Notes: a model not told the origin generated them from the sequence alone. A stretch of DNA of 64,000 nt from an uncultured Planctomycetota bacterium (GCA_963719315.1 CAVRBU010000002.1:1728001-1792000), one strand, 5' to 3'; shown: positions 1-10,296, counted from the stretch's first letter. Made by a program: numbers and translations.

Positions 1-21
1 GTTTGCGATAGTGCTCGGTTG

Positions 22-801
22 ATGCGGGGAATAGGCGCGGCGCTTGTAGTGGGTCTCGCGATGTGGGGCACGCGTTCGCTGGCCGCCACTAACGCGGCAC
101 GTGACAGCGTCAAGATCGAGCCGTACACAGGCCCGCCGATTTTTTTGGAAGGAGCGGAGCAAACCGTAAAGCCGACGCTCGTTTCGCGGGAGACGTTGCG
201 AGAAAAGTACGAAGACGGCAAGACGATTCGCGTGGAGCGCGAAGTCGCTCATTACTCGGATGATAATTTCGCAGCCGACGGCGCTTACCGCGAGTTTCAC
301 CCCAACGGCAAACCGTTTATCGAAGGGAGATTCAAGGCCGGCCGGCAGGAAGGCGATTGGACTTATTACTTCGAAAATGGGCAAATCAATCGCAAGGCAA
401 CGTTCGTCGACGGCAAGCCAAACGGTAGTTGGGAGATCTATCGAGAGGATGGCACGCTGGCGGCGAAGCGCGGTTTCAAGGACGGTGTGCGCGACGGCGA
501 ATGGAGCTCCTACGATGAGACCGGCAAGCAGCAACTCACCGAAGAACACTATGTCAAGGGTGAGGCGGACGGCGTCTGGAAGGCCTGGTTTCCGAACGGC
601 AAGCTCAAACAACAGGTTGCATTCAAGCTCGGCAAACGCGAAGGACTCAGCGCCGAATGGGACGATAAAGGCCAGAAGGTCATCGAAGCCGAATACGCTG
701 ACGGCAAATTGAACGGCAAGGCGACGCGCTTTCTGCCGGATGGCAAAACGATCGTCCAGCAATATAAAGACGGCAAGTTCGTGTCGGAGGTGAAGCGGTA
801 G
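22..801 (+). CDS. MORN-variant repeat protein (YwqK-like), probably exported
   Basis: Repeated Y/F-x-x-G-x-x-x-G-x-W-x-x-Y/W-x-x-x-G units (FKAGRQEGDWTYYFENG, FVDGKPNGSWEIYREDG, FKDGVRDGEWSSYDETG); hydrophobic N-terminus; ATG at 22. Confidence 0.85.
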   Translation: MRGIGAALVVGLAMWGTRSLAATNAARDSVKIEPYTGPPIFLEGAEQTVKPTLVSRETLREKYEDGKTIRVEREVAHYSDDNFAADGAYREFHPNGKPFIEGRFKAGRQEGDWTYYFENGQINRKATFVDGKPNGSWEIYREDGTLAAKRGFKDGVRDGEWSSYDETGKQQLTEEHYVKGEADGVWKAWFPNGKLKQQVAFKLGKREGLSAEWDDKGQKVIEAEYADGKLNGKATRFLPDGKTIVQQYKDGKFVSEVKR

Positions 802-884
802 CGCTCGCCATTTGCGATTTTCGGCCGAGTGCCTGACGGCCGCCCCACACTCGCTTGCGCCTGGGCGAGTGACGAGGCGCTCTT

Positions 885-1592
885 CTACGAGAGTCGATTC
901 GGGTCACCTGCCGAAGAGTTTTCGCTGCCGGCCCCCTCTTCCGCGGGCTCGATTTGCGAGCGGCGTTCGAACTTGCCGCGAAGGAGGTCCGCCACCAGGA
1001 ATACGCCGCCGACAAGCGTCCCGAGGAGATACCCAGCGACCGCGCCGAGCGGGATGCCAAAGAAGAGCGTGGCGAGAAACGATCGAGGGAGCGCATTGTG
1101 AGGGGTCAACCAGATGATCCACAACATCACAGGTAAGGCGATAGCCCCGGTCACGATGGAAACGCCACGGGGATTGAACGCTTGGAGGAACATCGCCTGA
1201 GCGGCCGCGATAATCGCCATGAGCCCGGCGATTACGACCATGAGGACGGGCGGCGTGCCGAACGCCGACAGGCCGCCCAGCAGCAGCGAATACGCGGCGG
1301 TGACGACGAAGATCGTGGCCAGATCGAATCGCCGCGGGGCGGAGTACAGGCCGGAAGCGTGGCTGCGGTCGAAGAGTTGCTCGTTAATCGCTTGCCAAAA
1401 AGGGTTGATCGCCGCGTCGGGCCGATGGAAATCGGGCCGATCGCTGCCGCTGATGGAATCTTCGAGGTGGAGCGTGACGAGGGCCGCGCGGTGTTCGTCC
1501 GGCAGCGATTTCCATAAGCGCGCGACGAGTTGCAAACGCTCGTCGGGTTCGAGCGATTGGGCGGCACGAAAGGCGTCGTCGAGGTCGGACAT
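885..1592 (-). CDS. Hypothetical membrane protein with N-terminal addiction-module-component-like segment
   Basis: ATG at 1592 (MSDLDDAF); LEPDERLQLVARLWKSL followed by about 4 hydrophobic helices. Confidence 0.7.
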   Translation of the reverse strand: MSDLDDAFRAAQSLEPDERLQLVARLWKSLPDEHRAALVTLHLEDSISGSDRPDFHRPDAAINPFWQAINEQLFDRSHASGLYSAPRRFDLATIFVVTAAYSLLLGGLSAFGTPPVLMVVIAGLMAIIAAAQAMFLQAFNPRGVSIVTGAIALPVMLWIIWLTPHNALPRSFLATLFFGIPLGAVAGYLLGTLVGGVFLVADLLRGKFERRSQIEPAEEGAGSENSSAGDPNRLS

Positions 1593-2062
1593 CGGTAAGT
1601 GTGCGGGGATGCTGAACCACGCAAGGGTAGATCGTCTGCCTACCAATACAAATCAACTTCATCTCTATCGACGATGTGGCAATTCGAACAAAGAGGTTTT
1701 GAATCGGGCTCGCAAGTGGGCCGGGATCTCGTGCTTGTGATTAGACATGATCTGCGGTAGGCCGTCGAGTTCGACCAACTTCCCAATGGTTTGCTCGACG
1801 ATCGGCTCGCACGGCCACAAACTCAATAAATGGATTTGGTGAAGATTGCGTAGCCGCGAACAATTAAAACGGCTTGCGCTTTGGGCTGCGCAATGCGGGC
1901 GTGCTTTACATTGCGAATCGGCGACAGGCTTCCAATGAGCAGGTTGACGTCTTCGATCCGGCCGGAGTGCGCGTAAACGAAGGAATTGCGCCAAAGAAAT
2001 CGTGGAACCAGCCAGTCGCCGACCAGGGAGGGCGATGGCCACGACGCGATCTCCGTCACCGC

Positions 2063-2085
2063 GGTGGTGGTGGTGGTGGTGGTGG
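2063..2085. repeat. (GGT)7 trinucleotide microsatellite
   Basis: GGT x7 followed by GG, read directly from the sequence. Confidence 0.9.
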
Positions 2086-2281
2086 GCGATTAGCGCTTTG
2101 TCCAGCCGCTCTCGTCTCGCGAGGTGTGGCGGATCGCTACGATGGTGACTTGTTCGGAAGTGTGGCGGTTAGGGCCAGCACAATTCGCTCAAGTGCTCTG
2201 TCACGAGTGAAATGTTTGATCATCCGATACTGGCCTGAACGATGGGTTGAACGATACAATCCCGTTGAGATTGGGACCTCA

Positions 2282-3811
2282 ATGGCTTCAGATGCAGACA
2301 ACCTCGGAGCCGCTCGTCGGCGTATTACCGCGGCGTATGATCCCGCGACGCTGCAACAAGCCGGCGACGGGCTGCTGCGTTTGCTCGCCGAGCACCTCCA
2401 GCGCGTCGAATCCCGCGACGCCAAAGTTCTCAATTGGAGCGAACCCCAGGCCCTCATCAACGAGGCCCGCGGCTTTCTGGACGCCGCCGCCGGTGTCTCG
2501 CCGCATGGACGGTACGATCAGTGCGTTTCAGAGCGCTTCACCGAAGTCGCTCGCGAATCCCTCGCCCGCGGCCAAAACCTGCATCATCCCCATTACGTCG
2601 GCCACCAGGTCCCGGCGCCGGTGCCATTAGCCGCCTTGTTCGATCTCATCGGTAGCGTCACCAATCAGGTCATGGCGATCTACGAGATGGGCCCGTGGGC
2701 GACCGCCGTTGAGCACGCCGTGATCGACGCCATGGGCGAACGGCTCGGATTCCAGCCGGGCCATTTTTCGGGGCTGGTCACATCCGGAGGTACGTTGGCG
2801 AATCTCACAGGATTGCTGACCGCGCGGAACGTCACACTTGGCGACGCGTGGACGGCAGGTCTCACCGATCGCCGACCGGCACCAGTTTTAGTCGTTCACG
2901 CCGACGCGCATTATTCGGTCACCCGCTCGGCCGGAATCTTGGGGCTTGGCACTGACCAGGTCGTATTGGCCGCGCTCGATTCGCGCCGACGGATGGACGC
3001 CAACCGCCTCGACGAAATGCTGAAGGGTCTGCGATCGCGGGGCGTGCCGATCGTCGCCGTGTCGGCCGCGGCTTGCGCGACTCCGATCGGCGCATTCGAT
3101 TCGCTGACCGACATCGCCGACGTTTGCCAGCGGCACGAAGCGTGGCTCCACGTAGATGCCGCCCACGGCGGCGCGCTCGCTTTCAGTCCTACACATCGTC
3201 ATCTCCTCGCAGGCGTCGAACGGGCCGACAGCGTCGTTTGCGACGCCCACAAGATGATGTTCATGCCGGCACTCTGTGCGTTGCTGTTCTACCGTAACCC
3301 GGCCCACCGGACGGCAGCTTTCCACCAGGACGCTCCCTACCTGTTCGATCCGCTGATGCCGGAATTGGCCGAATACGACAGCGGCGTGGCAAACCTGGAA
3401 TGCACGAAACGCGCTGCCGCGTTCGGCGTGTGGGGTGTGTGGTCGCTGCTTGGCCCGCAGATTTTTGCGGATATGGTCGATGTGACGATCGACCTCGCCC
3501 AAGAATTTCATGCAATGCTGGAAACGGCCGATGACTTTCAAACGCTGCACGAGCCGCAGTGCAACATCGTCGCGTTCCGCCATGTGCCGGCGGTCCTCCG
3601 CGACGCATCTCCACAACAGATTGACCTGTTTCAGCTTCGCTTGCGCCGTGCGGTAATCGAAGCGGGCGACTTCTACCTGGTGCAAAGCCGCCTCGATGGG
3701 CGACCGGTGCTGCGGACCACGATGATGAATCCGCTCACCACGGTCGACGACCTCCGCAACTTGCTCGCATGTTTGCGGAGGACGGGGATTTCGATCGCGG
3801 CAAATCTTTAG
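2282..3811 (+). CDS. Group II pyridoxal-phosphate-dependent decarboxylase (DABA/aromatic amino acid decarboxylase family)
   Basis: HHPHYVGHQ, SGGTLANLTGL, AHYSV, LHVDAAHGG and DAHK (PLP lysine) motifs; ATG at 2282 preferred over the ORF-track start at 1874. Confidence 0.92.
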   Translation: MASDADNLGAARRRITAAYDPATLQQAGDGLLRLLAEHLQRVESRDAKVLNWSEPQALINEARGFLDAAAGVSPHGRYDQCVSERFTEVARESLARGQNLHHPHYVGHQVPAPVPLAALFDLIGSVTNQVMAIYEMGPWATAVEHAVIDAMGERLGFQPGHFSGLVTSGGTLANLTGLLTARNVTLGDAWTAGLTDRRPAPVLVVHADAHYSVTRSAGILGLGTDQVVLAALDSRRRMDANRLDEMLKGLRSRGVPIVAVSAAACATPIGAFDSLTDIADVCQRHEAWLHVDAAHGGALAFSPTHRHLLAGVERADSVVCDAHKMMFMPALCALLFYRNPAHRTAAFHQDAPYLFDPLMPELAEYDSGVANLECTKRAAAFGVWGVWSLLGPQIFADMVDVTIDLAQEFHAMLETADDFQTLHEPQCNIVAFRHVPAVLRDASPQQIDLFQLRLRRAVIEAGDFYLVQSRLDGRPVLRTTMMNPLTTVDDLRNLLACLRRTGISIAANL

Positions 3812-3945
3812 CGATTGCCGCTCTTGCGCACGCGCATGGCGTTCGTCTTCATCGTTGCGCGGAGCTTGCTCTTGTCCATCTTCTTCCGCAATTCGGCGAA
3901 TTTCGTTGCCGGCTTGCGGCCGGCTGGCTTCTGCGAGTCTGACAT
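3808..3945 (-). CDS. Small 45-aa basic protein (MSDSQKPAGRKPATKFAELRKKMDKSKLRATMKTNAMRVRKSGNR)
   Basis: Hand-translated and below the ORF-track cutoff; GGAG lies just upstream of the ATG; its TAA overlaps the TAG of the convergent decarboxylase. Confidence 0.65.
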   Translation of the reverse strand: MSDSQKPAGRKPATKFAELRKKMDKSKLRATMKTNAMRVRKSGNR

Positions 3946-4133
3946 CTTCTGCTCCAATTGAGTATTCAAGTCCTACAACAATTAGAATAGTAATCAATTC
4001 GGCCAGTCGAATCAAATCCGCCCTAATCATAATTGCTCGGAAGTCGCTTGCATCGCCCGCCCGAAGCAAATGAACGATCTCGCTTTCCAAGCAGCGTGAT
4101 GTTGGCGTTTCATTGTTTTCGCCGGTCAATACA

Positions 4134-5168
4134 ATGAATGCATGCACATGCCTCGATTTTACTGGAACTTCGCTCCTCGCATCGCGCGTAGCTGCGCTCA
4201 TCGTGGCCTGCGCCGGGTGCTGGGAGAAAATTGAATATACAGGGCCTCGCACGCCGTCGGCCACGCCGCACGACTCTGTATCGAGCCCGGTCCCAACCGG
4301 TCATTCGTCGAATGACCTGTCCAATGAGGCGACGTCGAACAGTGTTGCCGATGCGCCACCCGTCATTGAGGAAGCTCCCCCATTGCCGCCAACCGCCTCG
4401 CCGCCAGAAACGCCCACGGTGCCCACAGCTGCGACTGAGACTCCCCCTCACAATCCCGCGGGCGACGACCGTTACACCACGCCCGTCGTCGAAAGCCCGC
4501 CGGCGGCTGAGCCGTCCAACGTGGCCGCGCCCGCTGCCGAGTCCGAAATCCCGAATCCATACGCCGAGGCCGATCCGTCTCGCCACACCGATGCAACGCC
4601 AGTCTCCGCCACCGCCGCCGCCGATCAGCCGGCGAGCGGACTCAATAGCCGCCGGGCGGCGTGGTTGTTGGGGAGCCGCCTGAGCCTGGCCGCCCTGGCG
4701 CATGACCGCGGCATCGCGGCGAAGAATGTGCCTGTCTGGTTTGCGGACACGCAGGCGGCAGCCAAGTTGCTGGGAACGACCGTTCTCGACCTGCCCGAGC
4801 CCGCGGACGCGGGCGACACAGCTCCAGCATCGAGCCGAGTGATTAATTATTTAGTGGTAAGTGGCCAGCGGATCGGCCCCGAACTCTCAAAACGGCAAGG
4901 CCAGGAGCAATCGGCGCTATTCGAAATTGCGCTGAAGTCGAACATTCTGCTGCTGCTCTACAGCCCCGGAACTTCGGCGGGCAGTTCGATCGCGGCCGCC
5001 ATTTCAAGGGCGGCGCCGCAGGCGAAGCTGCCCGCCGAATTGTGGCAGCCCCTGGTCGTCGCGTTAAACAAGCAGGCGCCGCAAACCGAAGTGCGGGCGG
5101 CCGTCCGCAAGATGCACATCGACGTAGAGAAACATCTGTCCCAGCCCGCGGAGCAGAACGGTCGATGA
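4134..5168 (+). CDS. Hypothetical lipoprotein with Pro/Ala/Thr-rich linker and helical C-terminal domain
   Basis: Lipobox-like ACAGC; low-complexity middle region; its stop overlaps the lnt start (ATGA). Confidence 0.7.
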   Translation: MNACTCLDFTGTSLLASRVAALIVACAGCWEKIEYTGPRTPSATPHDSVSSPVPTGHSSNDLSNEATSNSVADAPPVIEEAPPLPPTASPPETPTVPTAATETPPHNPAGDDRYTTPVVESPPAAEPSNVAAPAAESEIPNPYAEADPSRHTDATPVSATAAADQPASGLNSRRAAWLLGSRLSLAALAHDRGIAAKNVPVWFADTQAAAKLLGTTVLDLPEPADAGDTAPASSRVINYLVVSGQRIGPELSKRQGQEQSALFEIALKSNILLLLYSPGTSAGSSIAAAISRAAPQAKLPAELWQPLVVALNKQAPQTEVRAAVRKMHIDVEKHLSQPAEQNGR

Positions 5169-6922
5169 GTTCTCCGGCAACTACGCCGCCGGCCTGGCGT
5201 CGTTCGACGTTCGCGGTCGCCCTCGTCGGCAGTCTGTTGATGTGGGCGGCGATGCCCCCGTGGCCTCTGGGCTGGCTCGGTTGGATCGCCCCCGTACCGT
5301 GGCTGCTCCTGGTGTGCTCCGATGAGTTGCCTGGCCGCAGGCCTTACCGCGCTTTGTACCTGGCTGGACTGGTGTACTGGCTGCTGGCAATTTCATGGTT
5401 GATTTTGCCGTACCCGCTGCTGACCTGGATCGGTTGGCTCGCCCTTTCCGCCTATCTCGCGATTTATTTGCCGCTGTTCGTGGGACTTACCCGCATAGCG
5501 GTGCATCGTTTCGCGCTGCCGATGTGGCTGGCAGCGCCCATAGTTTGGACCGGGCTGGAGTTGGCGCGGGCCCACGTGATGACCGGCTTCCTGATGGCCT
5601 CGCTGGCACACACGCAGACAAAGTGGACCACGCTCATCCAAATCAGCGACCTCGTCGGCGAATACGGCGTGGATTTCGTGATGCTGCTGGTTGCGGCGTG
5701 TGTCGCAGAGGCATTGCGGATTGCGGATTGCGGAATGCGGATTAGGAATTTCAATCCGCAATTCGAAATCCGCAATCCGAAATCGAAACTCCCCCGCATC
5801 CTCACCGCGCTCGCCCCGGCAGCCGCGGCGCTAGCCCTCACGCTTGGCTACGGACACTGGCGCGTGGGACAGATCGATCAGATTACCAAAAGCGCGAAAG
5901 AACCCGGACCGCGCATGGCCCTCATTCAGGGCAATAGCCTGGCCGAATGGAAGTCGGACCCGAACCGCGACGGCCAAATCATGGGCGAATACATGGAGCT
6001 ATCGAGGCGCGCCGTGGCCGCCGCGCGCAACGTCGGCGACGGGCGGCCGATCGATTTGATCGTTTGGCCGGAGACGATGTACCGCAACCCGCTCAGGGAC
6101 TTCGACGCCGGCTTCAAACTGCCGGCCGACACCACGCTCACGACGGAAGACTTCTTGGCCGGCGACCGGCGGCAGCTAGCCAATTTGGCCGAATATTTGC
6201 GTACTCCATTACTGGTTGGTATCGACCGCTTTCATTTTGTGGCCGACGATCGGTCGACCAGCAACATGCCGACGATCCGAGCCTACAATTCGGCAGCGCT
6301 CGTCGAACGCGATGGCACGATTGTCGGAACTTACGACAAGATGCATCGCGTAATGTTCGGCGAGTACATTCCGTTCGCCGATTGGATCCCGTTCTTGTAC
6401 AAGATCACGCCGCTGACCGGCGGCATCGTTGCCGGCACGGAGCCCGCCGCATTGCGGCTTGGCGCGAAATACTGTTTCGCGCCCAACATCTGCTATGAAA
6501 CCGCCATCCCCCACGTAATCCGCCGCCAAGTCGCCACGCTGCAAAGGCGTGGCGAGAAACCAAACGCGCTCGTCAATCTCACGAACGACGCCTGGTACTC
6601 GCACTCTAGCGAGCTCGATATGCACCTCGCGTGCGACGTATTCCGAGCAGTCGAAACGCGCACGCCTTTGGTCATCGCCGCCAACGGCGGCATTTCGGCC
6701 TCAATCGACCGCGCCGGCCGCATTCGCGCCCGGTTGGGCAAGCAGCAAGCCGATTTTTTGCTGGCCGACATCGACCCGGGCTTCATGGCCAGTTGGTATG
6801 TGCAATTCGGCGACTGGTTCGCGGCCCTGTGTTTGGCAGGCTGCGTCTTTTTCGTTATCGTTGAATGGCGCGCCCGCCGCGCCCTTCGCCACCGCCCGGT
6901 GGCCCCACCCCCTGTCGCCTGA
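5165..6922 (+). CDS. lnt: Apolipoprotein N-acyltransferase
   Basis: Multi-TM N-terminus; QGN, WPE, YDKMHRVMFGEYIPF, ICYE, NLTNDAWY, RAVETR and ANGGIS motifs. Confidence 0.95.
   Translation: MSSPATTPPAWRRSTFAVALVGSLLMWAAMPPWPLGWLGWIAPVPWLLLVCSDELPGRRPYRALYLAGLVYWLLAISWLILPYPLLTWIGWLALSAYLAIYLPLFVGLTRIAVHRFALPMWLAAPIVWTGLELARAHVMTGFLMASLAHTQTKWTTLIQISDLVGEYGVDFVMLLVAACVAEALRIADCGMRIRNFNPQFEIRNPKSKLPRILTALAPAAAALALTLGYGHWRVGQIDQITKSAKEPGPRMALIQGNSLAEWKSDPNRDGQIMGEYMELSRRAVAAARNVGDGRPIDLIVWPETMYRNPLRDFDAGFKLPADTTLTTEDFLAGDRRQLANLAEYLRTPLLVGIDRFHFVADDRSTSNMPTIRAYNSAALVERDGTIVGTYDKMHRVMFGEYIPFADWIPFLYKITPLTGGIVAGTEPAALRLGAKYCFAPNICYETAIPHVIRRQVATLQRRGEKPNALVNLTNDAWYSHSSELDMHLACDVFRAVETRTPLVIAANGGISASIDRAGRIRARLGKQQADFLLADIDPGFMASWYVQFGDWFAALCLAGCVFFVIVEWRARRALRHRPVAPPPVA
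5713..5788. repeat. Heptamer-based imperfect palindromic repeat inside lnt
   Basis: ATTGCGG x3 + AATGCGG, a short spacer, then AATCCGC/AATTCGA/AATCCGC/AATCCGA (reverse-complement units). Confidence 0.85.
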
Positions 6923-6939
6923 CCTCCCCTCTCCCCCTT

Positions 6940-8724
6940 ATGCCCGTCGTCCTGCAATTGATCGACGCCCATAAGCGATACGGCGAGCAAGCGTTGCTCG
7001 ACGGCACGAGCTGTGCGCTGGCCGACGACCAGAAAATCGGGCTCATCGGTCGCAACGGGGCGGGCAAATCGACCGTTTGTCGAATTTTTCTGGGCGAGGA
7101 GGAACTCGACGCCGGTGACGTCGTACGCGGCCGACAGTTGCGGCTCGGATATTTACGCCAACACGATCCATTTCTGCCGGGCGAAACGGTCCGCGAATTC
7201 TTGATGCGCGACAGCGGCCAACCCGATTGGCGCTGCGGCGAGGTGGCCTGGCAGTTCCAATTTCCAGACGTCATGCTCGACCGGCCGGTGCGCGAACTCT
7301 CCGGGGGTTGGCAAACTCGCACCAAACTGGCCGCGCTACTGCTGCACGATCCGAATCTACTGATCCTCGACGAGCCGACGAACTTTCTCGACCTGCGCAC
7401 GCAAATGCTGCTGGAACACTTCCTCCAAGGCTTCCGCGGCGGCTGCCTCATCGTGTCGCACGATCGGGAGTTCTTGAAGAAGACATGTTCGCACACGCTG
7501 GAGCTCTCGCGCGGCCAGCTCACCATGTATCCGGGCAGAGTGGACGCCTACCTTGCCAACTTGGCCGAGCGCCGAGAACACGATTTGCGGGTAAACGCCA
7601 CCACGCTATCCAAACGCCGCCAGTTGGAAACATTCATCTCCAAAAATCGCGCCCGGGCCAGTACGGCGAGCCAGGCCAAGAGCAAGGCCAAGCAACTCGA
7701 GCGACTGGAGTTGATTCACATCGAAGGCGCTGAGGCCACCGTGCGTTTCAAATTCCCGGAGATCGAGCCGCGGCAGGGACCAGCGGTACGGACGAAACAT
7801 TTGGCCATCGGATATCCGGATCACACCGTTGCCCGCGATGTCCACGTGGAGATGGACCACGGCACGCGGATCGGCATTGTGGGGGACAACGGCCAGGGCA
7901 AGACGACATTTCTGCGAACGGTTTGCGGCTCGCTGCCGCCGATCGCCGGCGACGTCCTTTGGGGCTTTGGCTGCCAGGTGGGCGTCTACGCTCAGCATGT
8001 GTACACGACGCTGCCCGAACAAAAGACCGTGCTCGAATACCTCGAATACCAAGCCGCGAAGGGCACCGTGACGCAGCAGATCAAAGACGTCGCCGGCAGT
8101 CTGCTATTCAGCGGCGAGATGGTGGAAAAGAAAATCCGTGTGCTCAGTGGCGGCGAGCGGGCTCGCCTCGTGTTGGCTGGACTGCTGTTGCAGCGAAACA
8201 ACGTGCTCGTACTCGATGAACCGGGCAACCATCTCGATGTCGAATCGGTCGAAGCGCTGGCCGAGGCGTTGATCGGTTACAGCGGTACCGTGGTCTTCAC
8301 AAGCCACGACCGGCACTTCATGCACCGCGTGGCGACACACGTCGTCGAAGTCCGCGCCGGTCGCGTGGCGAGCTACCCGGGCGGTTTCGACGAGTACGTC
8401 TATCGCATCCAGAACGAAATTGACTCCGGCCTGCGAGCACCGCATGGAACGGCCCTTGGGCCAAGCCTGCCGGCGTCTGCGCCCGCGGCCGACAACAAAG
8501 CGCGCGGCCGATCCGATCGCGATTTCCAGAAGAAACTCAAAGCGGTCGAGCGAAAGATCGCTCGCTTGGACGAGGAGAAACGCGGCGTGGGCGAACTGCT
8601 GTTGAGCGTCGCCGACGCCGCCGAGGCCCGGCGGCTGCACGCGGAGCTGACGAAGCTCACATCCGAACTGGCAACGATGGAAGAAGAGTGGCTGCAGCTT
8701 TCGTCGGAGTTAGAATCCGCCTGA
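6940..8724 (+). CDS. ABC-F family ATP-binding protein
   Basis: Two ABC domains (GRNGAGKST/LSGGW/LDEPTNFLD and GDNGQGKTT/LSGGE/LDEPGNHLD), no TM segments, C-terminal coiled coil. Confidence 0.95.
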   Translation: MPVVLQLIDAHKRYGEQALLDGTSCALADDQKIGLIGRNGAGKSTVCRIFLGEEELDAGDVVRGRQLRLGYLRQHDPFLPGETVREFLMRDSGQPDWRCGEVAWQFQFPDVMLDRPVRELSGGWQTRTKLAALLLHDPNLLILDEPTNFLDLRTQMLLEHFLQGFRGGCLIVSHDREFLKKTCSHTLELSRGQLTMYPGRVDAYLANLAERREHDLRVNATTLSKRRQLETFISKNRARASTASQAKSKAKQLERLELIHIEGAEATVRFKFPEIEPRQGPAVRTKHLAIGYPDHTVARDVHVEMDHGTRIGIVGDNGQGKTTFLRTVCGSLPPIAGDVLWGFGCQVGVYAQHVYTTLPEQKTVLEYLEYQAAKGTVTQQIKDVAGSLLFSGEMVEKKIRVLSGGERARLVLAGLLLQRNNVLVLDEPGNHLDVESVEALAEALIGYSGTVVFTSHDRHFMHRVATHVVEVRAGRVASYPGGFDEYVYRIQNEIDSGLRAPHGTALGPSLPASAPAADNKARGRSDRDFQKKLKAVERKIARLDEEKRGVGELLLSVADAAEARRLHAELTKLTSELATMEEEWLQLSSELESA

Positions 8725-10284
8725 TACGAGTCGGGCAATACGCAGCAGCATGAGCGCTAGGCAGAGCAGCGTCATTGTTTGTGGTTCGGGCACAGCCCGC
8801 GGATCGAGCGAAGTGCCTGCGGCGGCGGCCGCTGTTGCGCCGAACCCGGCTCGCCAACGTGCATAATCGGCCTGATCAATGATGCCGCTGCCGTCGCCAT
8901 CGGCGCCGCTGTAGCGAGTGACGGCCGACCCGAGCGATTTCCGCCATGCCACATAATCTCCGGCGTCGACCTGGCCGTCACGATTGTAATCGCCGGCCAA
9001 CGCGCCGTATTCGTAGGCCCCAATATCGATTGCGCCACCCGCCGGCCGCGGCAGGCCTGTTAGATCCGCCGGCGGAGCCCCGGCGCTATTGCCCGCATTG
9101 ATTGCCGGCGATGTGCTTTTAAGGTGATAGTCGTTGCCGTTCGGATTCACGAAGAGTGCTGCCGCGTCCGCAACGAGCGAATGAAGGTCGTTACCGGTCG
9201 CCGCTCGCCATTGCGCGAGGTTCAGGATCGTGTCGCTGTCGTCCGTCGTAAATCTCGATAGGACGGCGTTGTAGTCGCTGCTGAAGCCGGAAAGGCTGTC
9301 CGGCGAAATGTCGATCGCGCCATGCGACGAGTGGTTGTTGAGCAAGATGTTATTGCGGGCAGTGTTGTTCGTGCTCTCGCTTTTGATATTGAGCGCCCAT
9401 CGCGCGTCGCTAGCTTCGATCACCGTGTTATTGACGACGACGTTGCCGGTCGAGCCGGCAGCACCGTCTTCGTGGTACAGCGAAATGCCGCTGGCGTGGT
9501 TGTTATAGAGCAGATTATTCTCGATCCGCGAATTCTGCACGCCGTCCATGTTGATTCCGCTTCCGCCGCCGAGTTTTGGGACCATGCTGTTGGCGATTGC
9601 GTTGTTGTAAATGCGATTCCCGCTCACGACCGCGCCGGAAATAATGCCGTCGCCACCCTGGCTGAGATCGCCATTCATGTGGATTCCGCTGCCGTGATTA
9701 TCGAAAATTATGTTGTTGCGAATCACAGGCCGATCGCCGCTGTTGGAGACGTAAATGCCATGTTGCTCGACGGAACCAGAGGTCTGGTTGAACTCGATCA
9801 AGAGATCATTCACGTGCCCCGTAAAGATTCCCCAAACGCCGTTATTCGTCGCCGTCACGTTGCGGACAGTGACGAAATCGGCAAAGTCGTCGGGAAAGCC
9901 GACAGACCGCACGCCGGCCCGCGGCATGCCGGCGACTGAGAAGCCATCGAGAACGATGTACGAGGCGCCTTCGAGATTGATTCCGTCCGGCGTGGTGGCG
10001 TTTCGCTGATTGATGAGCACATTGGGCTCGGCGTCGAACTCGATGGGTGCAGCGGCCGTGCCGCTGGTATCGAGGTAGAAGCCCGTGTAGTTTCCCGCCC
10101 GAACCGTCACGCGATCACCGGGGCCAACGACATTCGCCGCGTGCTGAAGTGTCTTCCACGGCGCCGTTGAATTGCCAGCGCCCGAATCGCTGCCCGTTGT
10201 GGCGACGAAATACTGATTGGCCGCAGCGCCGCCGGCGGTTGCGGCCACCGCCACGCTCGCCAGAATCAGGCGTCGAACATCCAT
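8710..10284 (-). CDS. Secreted right-handed beta-helix protein with dockerin-like domain and PEP-CTERM
   Basis: YFVATTGSD...PWKTLQHAA N-terminus; Asn/Gly-rich PbH1-like repeats; DYHLKSTSPAINAG; GDYNRDGQVDAGDYVAWR; VPEP + TM. Confidence 0.88.
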   Translation of the reverse strand: MDVRRLILASVAVAATAGGAAANQYFVATTGSDSGAGNSTAPWKTLQHAANVVGPGDRVTVRAGNYTGFYLDTSGTAAAPIEFDAEPNVLINQRNATTPDGINLEGASYIVLDGFSVAGMPRAGVRSVGFPDDFADFVTVRNVTATNNGVWGIFTGHVNDLLIEFNQTSGSVEQHGIYVSNSGDRPVIRNNIIFDNHGSGIHMNGDLSQGGDGIISGAVVSGNRIYNNAIANSMVPKLGGGSGINMDGVQNSRIENNLLYNNHASGISLYHEDGAAGSTGNVVVNNTVIEASDARWALNIKSESTNNTARNNILLNNHSSHGAIDISPDSLSGFSSDYNAVLSRFTTDDSDTILNLAQWRAATGNDLHSLVADAAALFVNPNGNDYHLKSTSPAINAGNSAGAPPADLTGLPRPAGGAIDIGAYEYGALAGDYNRDGQVDAGDYVAWRKSLGSAVTRYSGADGDGSGIIDQADYARWRAGFGATAAAAAGTSLDPRAVPEPQTMTLLCLALMLLRIARLVSGGF

Positions 10285-10296
10285 GCGATTTCTCAC

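Noticed and set aside
1874..2281. N-terminal 136-aa extension of the decarboxylase with poly-Gly
   Set aside because: Family similarity starts after ATG 2282; the poly-Gly is just the GGT microsatellite
2888..4264. 458-aa minus-strand ORF
   Set aside because: Antisense shadow of the decarboxylase with no motifs
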